This document shows positions 50,494 to 60,408 of a stretch of DNA of 64,000 nucleotides, in pieces. The position numbers and the translations under genes are program-made. The stretch comes from Gammaproteobacteria bacterium (GTDB lineage Bacteria > Pseudomonadota > Gammaproteobacteria > PIVX01), in assembly GCA_003353785.1 (NCBI GenBank), contig PIVX01000005.1, forward strand, positions 30,854 through 94,853, in the 5' to 3' direction. The notes below the pieces were generated by a model, which searched no databases, was not told the origin of the DNA, and worked only from the letters and a program-made list of their open reading frames with translations. Every line of letters starts with the position of its first letter. Positions within the stretch are counted from its first letter, which is position 1.

Positions 50494-51522
50494 TTAAAAG
50501 TCATCTGCTGAAGGTATAGGTATATTGTCACCTCCAGCACCTGCGAATGCTTCTGCTTGCTGATTAAGTGCTTTTCTTAAATCTATTCCTTGAGCTATTA
50601 ATGTTGAGAAAGAAACCATGATTCTTTCATTTTGTTTTCTAGTTAAATGTAATAATCTTTGAATTTCAGTTAATACATATAAAGACTCTCTTTGGAGCTC
50701 TATGGGTGATGCAGCTTCCATAGTAGAATACCAATTAGGATCGCCAATACGTTTTAGAATACGTGATTCCTCAACTTCCAGGATACTTGCATCTGGTTTT
50801 GGTGAGTTATTTGCATTTGTAAGTCCAGCCAGGGTTCCGAGCCCAGGAATAATTTCTCGTTGTCTTAAAACATGATAAAGATTTGATAAAGCTACTCCTT
50901 GTTGTGCATTTAAAGCCCATATATACCCTAGATGTGCTTGGTACTTTGTTGTGTCTTGATCAAAATCAGCAAGTCCTTTAACTTCTGTTGGGTTTGCAGC
51001 CCCTAAAAGTAATAAAATAAAATTTGTTGCATCTAACCCTTGTTCATTACCTTTATTATCAGATGATAAACCATCTATAGCTGATTTAGCTAGTAGACTA
51101 TCAACATTTAACCCGGCATTTTTAGGGTTTGGATTTATTGGTAGTATATTAGTAGGTGTTATTCCATAAAAAGCTCCTGCAGGGTCTATATAATTTGAAA
51201 TATTGATAAAATTTGATAAAGTTCCATTAATAACGGTCTGTGTATCATTAGTACTTGAGGTAGCCATGAGGTCTGATTGTGTCTTTAATGTAGTGAAGAG
51301 CTGAGCATTAAGTCCTGGTGTTGCAGGAGTTAATGGTATTCCAGCGGGATTAACTTTAAGATAATTAGTCAAATAATTTGTCCAGAATGTATCTGTATTA
51401 GTTGAGATATTTGATGTATGACCCTCAATTTTTTCAAGAAGAGCATTATCGGTTTCAGCATTTAGCGTAGATAGAAATGCACAAATTATAGTTGTTACTA
51501 TAAAATGATGTGTTGATCTCAT
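50494..51522 (-). CDS. icmX: Dot/Icm periplasmic protein IcmX
   Basis: Signal peptide, 'NVDSLL', and C-terminal 'W...MEAASP..LQRE.L..L.EI...L...RKQNER'. Downstream of icmW. Confidence 0.8.
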   Translation of the reverse strand: MRSTHHFIVTTIICAFLSTLNAETDNALLEKIEGHTSNISTNTDTFWTNYLTNYLKVNPAGIPLTPATPGLNAQLFTTLKTQSDLMATSSTNDTQTVINGTLSNFINISNYIDPAGAFYGITPTNILPINPNPKNAGLNVDSLLAKSAIDGLSSDNKGNEQGLDATNFILLLLGAANPTEVKGLADFDQDTTKYQAHLGYIWALNAQQGVALSNLYHVLRQREIIPGLGTLAGLTNANNSPKPDASILEVEESRILKRIGDPNWYSTMEAASPIELQRESLYVLTEIQRLLHLTRKQNERIMVSFSTLIAQGIDLRKALNQQAEAFAGAGGDNIPIPSADDF

Positions 51523-51534
51523 AATTTTCCTTAT

Positions 51535-51993
51535 TTATAGGGGCTCATCTTCCATAGCCTGTATTAGCATTTGAAATCTTTTCTTTGAGAATATTCGATT
51601 AGCTAATCTTATCCGTTCAAAAATTAAATTTCTTTTTAAAAAAATCCCATAACAATCATTATCTTGCGCACATTTTTCTTCAGCGAAGGCAATTAGTCTG
51701 GATGAAAACCCTGGACTATATTGATCCAATATTTGGAGTATTCTAAGATTTCTACCGAATTTGATAGACGAAATGATCTTAATAATATCTTCATCAATAT
51801 CTAGATCTCCGATGTCTACCATGGATAAGTCATCAAAATTTTCGCCAAGTTTGGTGATTTCATTTTCGATATTCTCATTTCCTCCTAGAGTCCAGGTTTC
51901 TACGCTTTCGATGAAAGTAATGATTTTGAATAAAATTTGATCTTCTTGAGAGTGCCAATAACTATTAACACCATCTATACTTAAATCAACCAT
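51535..51993 (-). CDS. icmW: Dot/Icm adaptor IcmW
   Basis: M.DLS..G...YW, ESVETWTL, LRILQ.LD..SPG, FLKRNLIFER.RL..RIFS. Confidence 0.93.
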   Translation of the reverse strand: MVDLSIDGVNSYWHSQEDQILFKIITFIESVETWTLGGNENIENEITKLGENFDDLSMVDIGDLDIDEDIIKIISSIKFGRNLRILQILDQYSPGFSSRLIAFAEEKCAQDNDCYGIFLKRNLIFERIRLANRIFSKKRFQMLIQAMEDEPL

Positions 51994-52247
51994 GTTAATT
52001 AAACATTTCCTTGTAAAATAGTTGAATACACCTTAATTTTTACTAATAAGTTTTCCTTACCAATAATTTTAGACCATAAATAAACTATTTTCTTATATAA
52101 AGAAAATTAACTGATATTTGAGGCTATTGGCTTTATTTAAGCTAGATTTTGGCCACTTCTTATGGGTTATATTGGAATTTTGATAAAGTATTATAACGGG
52201 TTATTTATAAACATAGTTCATACTAAAAATTCACGAGTCAATCTAAT

Positions 52248-53390
52248 TTAGCCAAGATCTTGAGTACCAGCTGTCAATATTTTATATTCTCTCTCGGCAA
52301 TTTTTCCTTCTTTGAATGCTTTAGTGGCCACTACTCCCATAGTTTGCCCATGCTCTATTACTAATTTTCGAGTAGCTGAAGTTACTTTTTCATGATGAAC
52401 AGATAATAATTGATCACGTATGTTGTCGTCAAAAACTAAGAATTCACGCAGAGCGATGCGTTTACCATCTGTTGATGGTACTAGTTTTTGCCAGATGCAC
52501 AAACGTATAGTTTCTAGGATGTCTATAGTTCTTCCTTGGCGCTCGTCGCTTGGAAAACTTGTTACCAATCTTCTGATGGTTTCTGCTACTCCAGTAGTAT
52601 GCAAAGTCGTGTAAACTGGATGTCCGGTAAGAGCGGCTTCAAGTGAGGCACTAATTGTTTCAGCATCACGTGATTCGCCAACAAGTATCAGTCTTGGTTT
52701 TCTTCTTAAGGCATTCCTTACACCTAGTTCAAAAGATCCAATATGACGAGGTATCTCTGATTGACTTACTATTGCTGAGTCAGTTTTAATTTCATCGTAA
52801 ACAAATTCTATAGGAGATTCGTAAGTTAATACTTTTCTATGACTTTCTTTCTCCTCAATAATCTTTCTGATAATTGATGCTAGTAAAGTACTTTTACCTG
52901 AGCCTGTGGCACCTGTAACGTAAACAAGGCCGTCTTCTGGAGCCATGGAGTTTATTATACCTTCTTCCAGATTTAGTTGTCCTATAGATGGAGGAGTTGT
53001 TGGAACAGTTCTTAGGGTAATTTGAATGCCATCATGTCCTTCTATTAAGCACCCAGTAGCATTTACCCGAAAACGTAATCTTTCTGTACGGCTGGGTCTA
53101 AACTCGTATTGAGTATCAATGTCATTACCACTGAGGATTTGGGCTACTCCATTTGGGCCATATATTTCATTGATGAGATCTCCAACTTCAGTATTTGAGA
53201 TAGTTCTTCTTGTTACCTTTTTAAGTCTACCAAATATTTCAGCATAAATTTGATAACCGCTCTGAATAGTTATATCGGAGGCATCGAGTGCTGTAGTAAA
53301 TTCTAATAATCTATTGAGATGCGTTGGTGCAAATCTAGTTGGCTCATCAGGTAAGAAAATATCATTATTATTCTGTGATTTATCTGTCAT
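52248..53390 (-). CDS. dotB: Dot/Icm ATPase DotB
   Basis: PDEPTRF, GATGSGKST, TYESPIEF, NALRRKP..ILVGESRD, TGHPVYTTLH. Start placed at the ATGA overlap with the dotC stop. Confidence 0.96.
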   Translation of the reverse strand: MTDKSQNNNDIFLPDEPTRFAPTHLNRLLEFTTALDASDITIQSGYQIYAEIFGRLKKVTRRTISNTEVGDLINEIYGPNGVAQILSGNDIDTQYEFRPSRTERLRFRVNATGCLIEGHDGIQITLRTVPTTPPSIGQLNLEEGIINSMAPEDGLVYVTGATGSGKSTLLASIIRKIIEEKESHRKVLTYESPIEFVYDEIKTDSAIVSQSEIPRHIGSFELGVRNALRRKPRLILVGESRDAETISASLEAALTGHPVYTTLHTTGVAETIRRLVTSFPSDERQGRTIDILETIRLCIWQKLVPSTDGKRIALREFLVFDDNIRDQLLSVHHEKVTSATRKLVIEHGQTMGVVATKAFKEGKIAEREYKILTAGTQDLG

Positions 53391-54184
53391 TGTTGAATTA
53401 CTGTATTCCATTCTTCTGGATTGAGTTTTAATCCTGGCATAGCAGTTATTCTAAGTACTTGATCATTTACTCTCATTTCATTGCTATTGCCTGTAATCCC
53501 AAGTGTAGTTAATCCAACATGTGGAGTGCTGACCATGCTTCGAGCTAAAAGAACTTTATATAATATCATTCCCTGAAAATCTTGAGCAAGCTTATTTAGA
53601 TTATTTTTAAACATAGAATTTGCTTGTTTAATACCATAATTCCATCCTCTAGTTGTAGCCTCTTTCCAAGTTTTTCTTTCTTGCCTACTGATAGGAAGTA
53701 AAGCATTGTCTGGTTTTTGAGGTGGCAGATGTTCTAACCATAAATAGTTCCGCCAATTAGGAGCTGTTGTGACAAATTTAGCTTGTTTTAAAATAAGATA
53801 TGCTCTATCAGCGATTCTCAAAGATTCGCCATTTGGGTCAATATTAAAGTTATCTTTACTTGCTATTAATACAGGGCAAAGAATATTATCTTCTAATAAC
53901 ATCTGTTGAAAATTGAAGATATGATCAAGTTTCTTACTATGTTTTGTTAAAGTCGCATTAATTATTTTTGTTTGCTTTGCTAAACCAGATTGTGCTCCAA
54001 CTGAAATAGCCGTTTCTCTTATAGCCTGTTCACGAAATTTTTTTGTTGCTGAAGAGTTTTCCCGTGTTTGTATTGCTTGGATTTGATGTAGAGATTTTAG
54101 TGACTCAGTGCCACCTGTATTTGTACATCCAGCCATTGTTAATATAATTAACATGCATACAATAGGCAGTTTAAATGGTTGCAT
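53387..54184 (-). CDS. dotC: Dot/Icm lipoprotein DotC
   Basis: Lipobox MAGC, A.SVGAQSGLA, QAKFVTTAPNWRNYLW, DFQGMILY. Confidence 0.95.
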   Translation of the reverse strand: MQPFKLPIVCMLIILTMAGCTNTGGTESLKSLHQIQAIQTRENSSATKKFREQAIRETAISVGAQSGLAKQTKIINATLTKHSKKLDHIFNFQQMLLEDNILCPVLIASKDNFNIDPNGESLRIADRAYLILKQAKFVTTAPNWRNYLWLEHLPPQKPDNALLPISRQERKTWKEATTRGWNYGIKQANSMFKNNLNKLAQDFQGMILYKVLLARSMVSTPHVGLTTLGITGNSNEMRVNDQVLRITAMPGLKLNPEEWNTVIQQ

Positions 54185-54641
54185 ATCTAAGCTCTATTAC
54201 TTTCTTCCTTTGATAAACTCTGATCTCAGCTTTATCATTTGCTTGATAATGTACATCTCTTAGAATATGAGCCAATGGTCTATTTTTACTATTAATAGTT
54301 ATTATAATTGGTACACTTGGTTCTTTACCTAATTTTCTGAATTTATACTTACTTGCTTTAGATATATGTTTTACTAAAGGTTCAATAGGACCTGACCAGT
54401 CTATGGATGCAGTGCCTTGCATGTCCCATGCATCTGGGTTAACAAATTTCTTGTTTTTAAGAGGGGGAGTTGCACTTTGTTGAATGCTTACTAATTTTAC
54501 CATAGCTTTGCTAATAGACTCTGCAGCTTCAGCAATTTGTATTTCTGCACTATTATCAATTTTAGGTGTATATACTGTGCGTGTATTAAAGCATCCAGCC
54601 ATTAACAGTAAACATATCCATATGCATATAAATCTTTTCAT
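54171..54641 (-). CDS. dotD: Dot/Icm lipoprotein DotD
   Basis: Lipobox MAGC, AEAA.SIS, ASIDWSGPIEPL, ILRDV.YQA, VIELRYA. Confidence 0.95.
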   Translation of the reverse strand: MKRFICIWICLLLMAGCFNTRTVYTPKIDNSAEIQIAEAAESISKAMVKLVSIQQSATPPLKNKKFVNPDAWDMQGTASIDWSGPIEPLVKHISKASKYKFRKLGKEPSVPIIITINSKNRPLAHILRDVHYQANDKAEIRVYQRKKVIELRYATI

Positions 54642-54836
54642 GTATTCTGTAATTAAAGGTTAAAATTAAATTATCAAGTGTATTTTTAATCTAGTAAAGA
54701 CGTTGAAGTTATGTCAAGTATCTTACATTTTTAGCTGTATTTCGAGTTGCTAGACAGACCATCTAGTGCTATCCTTGAGCAAGAGGGGAAAAAATATATC
54801 CCTGGTATTGGTTCTAAATTTGAGGTATTTATTATA

Positions 54837-56162
54837 ATGAAATTCTTAAATTATTTTTATGGATCAAAATATTACTTTGAACCAAAAGTAGCTATAATAT
54901 TTTTTCTTGGAATATCTAGTGGTATACCTTTTTTACTATTATTATCAACTCTTACTGTATGGTTATTAGAAACGGGTTTCTCTAAGACCAGTATTGGGTT
55001 AATGGCGTGGGTTACTTTACCGTATACATTAAAATTTTTGTGGTCTCCTTTTTTTGATAAGTATAGATTACCTATATTATCCGATATACTAGGTAATAAG
55101 AGAGCTTGGCTGATTTTTATCCAAATATTATTGATTATTGCTATTTTTGGGTTAGCAAATAGTGATCCTGCAAAGGATATACCAAGAGTAATTTTTTTTG
55201 CTTTTATCGTAGGTTTTTTTTCTAGCTGCCAGGATATATTAATAGAAGGTTATAGGATTGATTCTCTGACAATTAGTAAAGCTTCTTTTGGAGCAGGAGC
55301 CAGTGTTGTAGGTTATAGAGTAGGAATGTTAATAGCTAGTGCAGGCGCTTTATATCTATCAACTATTTTTAGCTGGCAATGGGTTTACAGTTTTATGGCA
55401 GTATTTTTGGTAATTGGTATTATCGCAAATCTTTGTTCTCATGAACCTGAAATATTTCATAATAAATCTTCAACTGTTGAAGGTAATAGCGATAAAACTT
55501 TAGTAAAATTTTTTATATTACCGCTCCGGACTATACTAGCTAGATCTGATTGCCTATTAATATTTATTTTTATTCTTAGTTTTAAAGCGAGTGACACCAT
55601 TTTAAATACAATGAATATGCCATTCCTAATCGAATTAGGCTTTTCTAAAATAGAAATAGCACATGTAGCAAAGACCTTCGGAATTCTTGCTATGATAATA
55701 GGCGGAATTTTTGGCAGTTTCTTATTGAATAAATTTAGTTTAAGTAATGTATTGATATTGTGTCTCACCTTACAGATTATATCTATACTATTGTTTATTT
55801 TACAAGGAGTGAGTAAAAACGATATTAGAGTGTTATTTATGACTATGGGAGTGGAGAATTTTACTAGTGGTATGAACCAAGTTATCTTAATTTATTATTT
55901 AACTTTAATATGTAAAGGTTCAATGAGTGGAATTTTGTTTGCGATAATGACATCTGTCTCATCTTTTGATAGAGTACTAGTATCAATGGTTGCTGGGTGG
56001 TTTGCTGAGCACTTATCTTGGGTAGGTTTTTTTGCTGTCTCAGGATTATGCGTGGTGCCAGCAATCTGTATTTTATATAGATATACCGAGCATTTTGCTG
56101 AAGTTAAAAGCACCAGAACCAATGAAGTTGTGGATTTTTTACCACGTTTTCTAATACAATAG
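54837..56162 (+). CDS. ampG: Muropeptide MFS permease
   Basis: LGISSGIPF.L, PYTLKFLWSP, QDILIEGYRI, GYRVGM. Start moved to ATG 54837 (GAGG RBS). Confidence 0.9.
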   Translation: MKFLNYFYGSKYYFEPKVAIIFFLGISSGIPFLLLLSTLTVWLLETGFSKTSIGLMAWVTLPYTLKFLWSPFFDKYRLPILSDILGNKRAWLIFIQILLIIAIFGLANSDPAKDIPRVIFFAFIVGFFSSCQDILIEGYRIDSLTISKASFGAGASVVGYRVGMLIASAGALYLSTIFSWQWVYSFMAVFLVIGIIANLCSHEPEIFHNKSSTVEGNSDKTLVKFFILPLRTILARSDCLLIFIFILSFKASDTILNTMNMPFLIELGFSKIEIAHVAKTFGILAMIIGGIFGSFLLNKFSLSNVLILCLTLQIISILLFILQGVSKNDIRVLFMTMGVENFTSGMNQVILIYYLTLICKGSMSGILFAIMTSVSSFDRVLVSMVAGWFAEHLSWVGFFAVSGLCVVPAICILYRYTEHFAEVKSTRTNEVVDFLPRFLIQ

Positions 56163-56207
56163 AGCTCAAATTGGATTTTCTGCTCTATTATAATTTGGAG
56201 TAAAAAT

Positions 56208-56522
56208 ATGAGTAAGACTGAATGGAAAAAAAATATTTCCTCTTCCAGTATTTGGATCAGAGGATTTTTTATGATTTTATACTTTATTGTTGCCTATATT
56301 GTTAGGTTCTTGATATTAATCATATCATTATTTCAATTTGTATATACAATTTTTATAGGAAATCCTAATGAAAAATTGGTAAAATTTGGCAATGGGTTAG
56401 GATCTTATGCTTACCAGATAATACAGTTTCTTACCTTTAATACAGAGTTAAAGCCATACCCTTTTTCTGAGTGGGGAGAAATAAATTCTTCTGAGAATTA
56501 TATTAGTCATGATGAAGACTAA
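56208..56522 (+). CDS. DUF4389-family membrane protein
   Basis: W.R..FM...QF......PN..L..FG..L..Y..QI..FLTFNTE.KPYPFS.W. Confidence 0.8.
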   Translation: MSKTEWKKNISSSSIWIRGFFMILYFIVAYIVRFLILIISLFQFVYTIFIGNPNEKLVKFGNGLGSYAYQIIQFLTFNTELKPYPFSEWGEINSSENYISHDED

Positions 56523-57094
56523 TTTACTTGCATCAGTTGGTATTTAGTTTGTAAAGTATATTTTGTACGTAATTCCAACCAATTGGAGGGGAACTTGATC
56601 ACTAAATCTTTTTCTTGCTCTAAGTAAATTAAAGTTTTTGGATGTAGTAGATTTTCGTTTATTAACCATTTTATAGAACTTGCTAGTAAATTTTTGTAAA
56701 ATGGTGGGTCAATGAAAATAATATCAAATTTTTCAGTAAGGATTCCTAAATTATTTGGTATACAAAGATGGATTATTTGTATAGCGTTAGTGTCAAACTT
56801 TTCAATAGTTTTTGCTAAGTGTTGGATTATTTCTTTGTTTTGTTCTATAGCGACAACTTTTTTTGCTCCTCTAGATAAAGCCTCTAATCCTAGTGCTCCA
56901 GATCCTGCAAATAAATCCAGACATATTGAATCCTTTATATATGGATTTAACCAATTAAATAGAGTTTCTCTAGTCTGATCTGAGGTAGGACGGATAGCTA
57001 AATCTTTTGGAAAAATAATTTTTTTACCACGCCAATTACCAGATATGATGCGAAGATGCCCAGAGTTGTATTTATTTGTATGTTTTTTCTTCAT
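56519..57094 (-). CDS. rsmD: 16S rRNA m2G966 methyltransferase
   Basis: LRIISG.WRG, RPT.D..RETLFNWL, DLFAGSGALG.EALSRGA, DPPF. Confidence 0.95.
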   Translation of the reverse strand: MKKKHTNKYNSGHLRIISGNWRGKKIIFPKDLAIRPTSDQTRETLFNWLNPYIKDSICLDLFAGSGALGLEALSRGAKKVVAIEQNKEIIQHLAKTIEKFDTNAIQIIHLCIPNNLGILTEKFDIIFIDPPFYKNLLASSIKWLINENLLHPKTLIYLEQEKDLVIKFPSNWLELRTKYTLQTKYQLMQVN

Positions 57095-57186
57095 AAATTA
57101 CAATAAATATGGACATATTTTTGCTGAGATTAAAAAACTATCGGTATAATAGCACAAATAGGAAAGTTACTATACATACTTAAAGA

Positions 57187-58146
57187 GTGAATATTATGAT
57201 CTTTAACTTATTCAAAGATAAGAGCTTGGTTAAAAAAGAGAGCTATCTTACTAAAATAAAAAATGGTTTAAGTAGAACTAGAGAAGTGCTCTTACCTGGC
57301 AAGAAAGAAGTATTCAATAGTAAAGTATCTACTGAAGATATATTTTTAGACATTGAAAATAGATTGTTAGTAGCAGATGTCGGTATTGAAGTTACAGACA
57401 TGGTTATTGACAGATTGCGCAAAAATTTAAGTTCTACTGCACAACATAATTCTGAATTAGTATATTCATCTATCAAGGAAATACTAATAGATATATTAAG
57501 TCCTTGTGAAAAACCTTTAGAAATAGGGCAACAGGATCCATGTGTGATTTTATTTATTGGGATCAATGGAGCAGGGAAAACCACTACTATTGGAAAAATA
57601 GCTAAATTTTTACAACAGCAAGATAAAAGCTGTCTTATTGCCGCTGGCGATACTTTTCGTGCAGCTGCAGTAGAGCAAGTGACTGTTTGGGGAGAGAGAA
57701 ACAATATTCCCGTTATTCAACAGCCTCAAGGTTCAGATGCAGCATCGGTTATTCATGATGCTATTACTGCAGCTAAAGCACGTAAGATCCAAGTTGTTTT
57801 AGCTGATACCGCTGGTAGATTGCATACTCAACAAAATTTGATGGATGAATTAGCTAAAATAAAGAAAGTTGTACAAAAATGTGATAGTTCTGCTCCTCAT
57901 GAAATTATGTTAGTAATTGATGCTTCTATTGGACAAAATTCATTAAAGCAGGCTGAGATATTTCATCAAGAGATAGGCTTAACAGGAATAACAATTACTA
58001 AGCTTGATGGCACAGCAAAAGGAGGGATCGTTATTAAAATAGCGCATGATCTGAAGATCCCAATCAGATATATAGGAGTTGGAGAAGGTATAGGTGATCT
58101 ATATACTTTTAAAGCGCAAACTTTTGTGGATGCTTTGCTGGATTAA
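57187..58146 (+). CDS. ftsY: SRP receptor FtsY
   Basis: GINGAGKTTT, DTFRAAA, DTAGR, TKLDGTAKGG, GVGE. Confidence 0.96.
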   Translation: MNIMIFNLFKDKSLVKKESYLTKIKNGLSRTREVLLPGKKEVFNSKVSTEDIFLDIENRLLVADVGIEVTDMVIDRLRKNLSSTAQHNSELVYSSIKEILIDILSPCEKPLEIGQQDPCVILFIGINGAGKTTTIGKIAKFLQQQDKSCLIAAGDTFRAAAVEQVTVWGERNNIPVIQQPQGSDAASVIHDAITAAKARKIQVVLADTAGRLHTQQNLMDELAKIKKVVQKCDSSAPHEIMLVIDASIGQNSLKQAEIFHQEIGLTGITITKLDGTAKGGIVIKIAHDLKIPIRYIGVGEGIGDLYTFKAQTFVDALLD

Positions 58147-58194
58147 TTTTTGAGTTATCTAAAAATTAATGCCGATGTCTAGGTATATATTTTA

Positions 58195-59075
58195 ATGTGA
58201 GTTCGATATAAAATTTAAGCAAGCTATTGAGAAACAGTCTCTTTTATGAGCTGATGGGCCATAAAATTATGGATATTTGATAAAAAAAGAGATTGTATGC
58301 TCAATTTAACTGCAGTATTCTGTACTGTAGCTGATTTTTGCCAAAAATTTATGCCTGAATTTGAAGAGAAATTACTCAGTTCTTTGACAAGAAAAAGAAA
58401 CAACCTTACTGGATGTCTGCGTCGGAAATTATGTCAATATGTTTTCATCAATCTAGGTATAGGTATTTTAAAAGCTATTTATATTAGGTATGTAAAAAAG
58501 CTCTTAATAAATATTTTCCAAAGTTGGTTAACTATGATCGTTTTGTTGAAATGCAGCAGTCTATAATTTCACCTTTATCCTTTTTTATTGAACAAACCGT
58601 GAGTGCAATCCCGTTAATTTAGTGGCGGATCAAGCGAACGCTTTTCTTGAAAGCTTTATTTAAAGTTCTAGCCCAATTTACCAGTCAGGAATGTGATGCT
58701 TGTGGGCACAATTCACCCCGACAATCGCAAACAGCAAGAGCTATTGGTTTGGGTTGAGTGTGGATACACTAATAATGCTGATAGAAACGCAGTAATGGTA
58801 ATAAAAAAGCGAGCAATAAAAATAATACCTTAACTCTGGAACGGAGTTGTCTATTCGATGTGTTAAAAGCACTTAACTTAGATATAGGGCAAGGAGCTAA
58901 ACGTACATCATCTAAGGACAAGTCTTTAGATGTTGTTGGTTGTGAGTTGTTCAAAAAAGATATGGGTAATGTCTTCTCTAAGAAGGTGATAACGCCCATT
59001 GAAGCTCGTATGCTTTAGGTACGAGTAGTTTACAACTGCCAGAAAACCATGCTAGGAATTTATTTTTTTACTAGT
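58195..59075 (+). mobile_element. IS982-family remnant, interrupted by a mini-IS605
   Basis: Left IR ATGTGAGTTCGATATAA at 58195. Frameshifted transposase fragments 'LTAVFCTVADFCQKF', 'MSASEIMSI', 'FHQSRYRYFK', 'FPKLVNYDRFVE'. The frame resumes after 59033 as 'NCQKTMLGIYFF', similar to the IS982 'GIxFIDS' region. Confidence 0.8.
58593..59033 (+). mobile_element. tnpB: Internally deleted IS605 element: left end, tnpB 3' end, omega-RNA region, right end
   Basis: TTGAA| then left-end hairpin ATCCCGTTAATTTAGTGGCGGAT. tnpB fragments TSQECDACGH / HPDNRK..ECGYTNNADRNA..IKKRAI. Right end GAAGCTCGTA-tgctttagg-TACGAGTAGTTTAC. No target duplication. Confidence 0.85.
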
Positions 59076-59132
59076 CAATTATAATTAAATAAATTTTCTA
59101 ACTACTTAATGGCATAAATTTAATATGTGTCA

Positions 59133-59138
59133 TATACT
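59133..59138 (+). promoter_or_regulatory. TATACT -10 element upstream of icmT
   Basis: Matches the TATAYT -10 known for Legionella icm genes. The same hexamer occurs at 61051-61056 before icmP. Confidence 0.35.
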
Positions 59139-59160
59139 TTATTTATAAAGGGAGTAGTTT

Positions 59161-59421
59161 ATGACCAGTTTTAAGTCAGACACTCATTGGAGAGATTCTG
59201 CGAGAGTTCCTAGGTTTTTTGTTGTTGATGCAAGAGCTGCTTTTCCGCTAGTTTTATTTATCCTTCACATAAGTTTATGGACATTTATTATTGCCTTAGT
59301 TTTTATGTTATTTTTTTCTACAATTGAACGCTTTGGGTTTACCGTGAAAATATTTTTTAGATGGTTAAAATCTTTTTTAGCTGGTCCTCATAAAACATGC
59401 TCACCTTGGTGGAAAGAATAA
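59161..59421 (+). CDS. icmT: Dot/Icm protein IcmT
   Basis: HWRDSAR.PRFF.VDARAAFP, ERFGFTV..F.RW..S.LAG..K...PWW. Confidence 0.95.
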   Translation: MTSFKSDTHWRDSARVPRFFVVDARAAFPLVLFILHISLWTFIIALVFMLFFSTIERFGFTVKIFFRWLKSFLAGPHKTCSPWWKE

Positions 59422-59423
59422 TC

Positions 59424-59762
59424 ATGTCAATAAGTGAAATTATTGTAAGAATAACTAACGACATAAACACAACTTTTATTTTAAATGACAAGCCTATAAA
59501 AAGTAAAGAAGCATTATCTGAAAAAGGATTATTGCCAGCAATAGCTCGTAGAGCAGATCAGATGCTAACACTATGTGTGGGATATGGTATTGGCATTTCT
59601 TTTGATGAAGCAGATAATTCTATTCTAGGAGTAAAAGTTATTTTTGATAATGTTACTCCTGAATCATTAAGGATTTTATGTATCTTGGATGTGGTTATGG
59701 ATATTATTGAATATAGTGAAGATAAACAGAAAGTACCCTTAGACGAATTATTATATGATTGA
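59424..59762 (+). CDS. icmS: Dot/Icm adaptor IcmS
   Basis: GLLPAIARRADQ...LC.GYGIG.SF....S.LG.KV.FD.VTP..LR.LC..DV, PLDELLYD. Confidence 0.95.
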   Translation: MSISEIIVRITNDINTTFILNDKPIKSKEALSEKGLLPAIARRADQMLTLCVGYGIGISFDEADNSILGVKVIFDNVTPESLRILCILDVVMDIIEYSEDKQKVPLDELLYD

Positions 59763-60408
59763 TGAATTAAATAATCCCTTAAAAGATAATTCTGATCTTA
59801 AAAATCAGGATCCTACTGATAAGAAGAAAGAAAAAAAGTTGGTAGATTGGGATACTGATAAGATAGAAGACAATGTTGCTGAAGATGAGAGAAAGTCAGA
59901 TAGTAAAAAGACTACATCAGCTGAACTAAAGGATAGTAAACAAAGTTCTAGAAGAGATAATTCTGAGCCTAAAAATCAAGCTCAGCAGCAAGAAAAAAAG
60001 TTGGTAGATTGGGATACTGATAAGATAGAAGACAATGTTGCTGAAGATGGGAGAAAGTCAGATAGTAAAAAGACTACATCAGCTGAACTAAAGGATAGTA
60101 AACAAAGTTTTGCCGCTTCAAATAATACTGAACAGTCAGCTCACGAAGAAGAGCACCAACAATCTGAAACAGAAGAATTCTCCTGGGATAACAAGCCTAG
60201 CACTTTCCAGGATGAGGATCAGGTTTATATGAACTTAAAACAAGAATTATTCTATATACGCAAGTCTTGTAGTGTCATGTTAGAGAAGAATATTGCAAGT
60301 GAGGATATGCAAAAAGCAATTGATGTTTTAGATTCTTTAGTGAATTGTATAGATTCTCCATTGCCTGAATTAGATGACAAAGATGGTGAAGACGGTGAAT
60401 TGTTATGA
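59755..60408 (+). CDS. Probable functional homologue of IcmR (FIR), with internal duplication
   Basis: Lies between icmS and icmQ with overlapping start and stop codons. Long charged, disordered N-terminus and two C-terminal helices. The call rests on position. Confidence 0.65.
   Translation: MIDELNNPLKDNSDLKNQDPTDKKKEKKLVDWDTDKIEDNVAEDERKSDSKKTTSAELKDSKQSSRRDNSEPKNQAQQQEKKLVDWDTDKIEDNVAEDGRKSDSKKTTSAELKDSKQSFAASNNTEQSAHEEEHQQSETEEFSWDNKPSTFQDEDQVYMNLKQELFYIRKSCSVMLEKNIASEDMQKAIDVLDSLVNCIDSPLPELDDKDGEDGELL
59828..60109 (+). repeat. 120-bp near-identical direct repeat (59828-59947 and 59990-60109)
   Basis: One mismatch, 162-bp period, encoding EKKLVDWDTDKIEDNVAED(E/G)RKSDSKKTTSAELKDSKQS twice. 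Confidence 0.92.

Noticed and set aside
58769-58999. 76-aa minus-strand ORF
   Set aside because: Antisense to the tnpB 3' end and omega-RNA region.
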